Shown here: piece by piece, positions 63,069-64,000 of the stretch
Layout of the letters: the number at the start of each line of letters is the position of its first letter
Position numbering within the stretch: the first letter of the stretch is position 1
Assembly (NCBI GenBank): GCA_040757835.1
Contig: JBFLWJ010000006.1
Location: 66,512-130,511, forward strand
DNA length: 64,000 nt
Reading direction: 5' to 3'
Source: Actinomycetota bacterium
GTDB taxonomy: Bacteria; Actinomycetota; Geothermincolia; Geothermincolales; RBG-13-55-18
The notes under the pieces: model-generated
Told to the model about the DNA's origin: nothing
What the model saw: the letters and a program-made list of their open reading frames with translations, nothing else
Database searches by the model: none
Made by a program: the position numbers and the translations under genes

Positions 63069-64000
63069 ATGCGCCGTAAGGCATACCGCATAATCGTCTT
63101 CGATTGGGACGGCACCGCGGTCAGGGACCGCGCCGCCGACGCGAGGCCGGTGGCCCTTGCCCTCCGGGACCTGCTGCAACTGGACGTCTATGTGGTGGTG
63201 GTCACCGGCACCAACTACGACAACATCGAACGCCAGTTCGCCTGCCATATCTCCGGTCCCGGCAAGCGCAACCTCTACATCTGCACCAACCGCGGCTCCG
63301 AGGTCTACGGCTTCGACGCCCACTCCGAGCTGTTTCTCCTCTACCACCGGGAGGCGACACACGAGGAGAACCAGGCCCTCGACCGCGTGGCGGAGGCGTT
63401 GAAGGCCGAGGTGGAAACGGGCTCGGGTCTGACCATAGACATCGTCTATAACCGCCTGAACCGGCGGAAGATAGACCTCATACCGGAATGGCCCGACCCC
63501 CCCAAGTCCAGAATAGGCAAGCTGCTCCGGCAGACGGAGAGGCGCCTGCGCGAGGGGGGCTACGCGCCGGGGATCAAGGGGGTCTACGAGGCGGCGGAGC
63601 GCTACTCCCGGCAGATGGGCCTGGCCGACGCCCGCATCACCAGCGACGTCAAGCACGTGGAGGTGGGGCTCACGGACAAGTCCGATTCCCTGCGCTGGAT
63701 CCTCAGGGAGGTGGCGGAGCGGCGCAACATATCCTACGGCGACGTCCTCGTGCTGGGCGACGAATTCGGCCCCATCGCCGGTTTCGAGGGGTCCGATTTT
63801 CGCATGGTGCTGCCCGGGGTCGAGGGGATCACTTATGTATCCGTGGGCAAGGAGCCCAACGGGGTCCCCGCGGGGGTAGAGCCACGGGGGGGAGGCCCGG
63901 CGGAGTTCCTGCGCATTATAAAGGACCAGGCATACCTGCGGCGGCTCTTTCTCCCCAGCAGCGACCCCACCTTCCTCGTCGTGGAGGAGGGCTACGACCC
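63069..64000 (+). CDS. HAD-phosphatase-like domain fused to a probable GH65 (kojibiose/trehalose phosphorylase-like) domain; partial, runs off the window
   Basis: Open frame not in the ORF track: MRRKAYRIIVFDWDGT, VVTG, TDKS, LGDEFG, ending 'FLVVEEGYD', like GH65 N-termini. Confidence 0.7.
   Translation, partial: MRRKAYRIIVFDWDGTAVRDRAADARPVALALRDLLQLDVYVVVVTGTNYDNIERQFACHISGPGKRNLYICTNRGSEVYGFDAHSELFLLYHREATHEENQALDRVAEALKAEVETGSGLTIDIVYNRLNRRKIDLIPEWPDPPKSRIGKLLRQTERRLREGGYAPGIKGVYEAAERYSRQMGLADARITSDVKHVEVGLTDKSDSLRWILREVAERRNISYGDVLVLGDEFGPIAGFEGSDFRMVLPGVEGITYVSVGKEPNGVPAGVEPRGGGPAEFLRIIKDQAYLRRLFLPSSDPTFLVVEEGYD

Overview
High-GC bacterial chromosomal window with dense coding. DUF5719-type 'YFAEG...WTGGH' repeats, IPT/TIG and BNR surface proteins, an LPxTG protein, a selenoprotein and a DUF39 homocysteine pathway suggest an anaerobic deep-branching actinomycete such as Ca. 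Geothermincolia/Solincola (inference only). Contents in order: (1) a Wzx/Wzy-type polysaccharide operon led by a Wzz-kinase fusion with degenerate Walker motifs; (2) a c-di-GMP-II riboswitch with ON-switch geometry upstream of an 11-domain SdrD-B/CnaB LPQTG adhesin; (3) rmlC/rmlD, a GGR-like flavoprotein, and an FHA + Ser/Thr kinase pair; (4) DUF39 + NIL-ferredoxin homocysteine genes under an AUG-specifier T-box-like leader that lacks the canonical T-box bulge; (5) secreted hydrolases and two BNR proteins sharing a Cys-Gly C-terminal anchor; (6) vapBC, then a TetR-MBL-selenoprotein (in-frame UGA, U-P-M-C, split in the ORF track)-Dph6-like operon, then decayed vapC and hicA; (7) a MoxR AAA + pseudo-zincin-vWA + 18-residue beta-helix trio; (8) TetR + flavin oxidoreductase and an atypical tRNA-Val(CAC); (9) a DUF5719 phosphoesterase, Fe-S proteins, rsgA, and a CsoR/CstR regulator with a likely operator before an FAD/CCG enzyme with a Met-rich tail; (10) a HAD-GH65 fusion running off the end. 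A dispersed ~91-bp element (25-bp inverted arms around a unique 40-42-bp spacer) occurs four times, plus a solo arm. No CRISPR, rRNA, integrase or transposase was seen. All family calls come from motif recognition by eye, not database searches.
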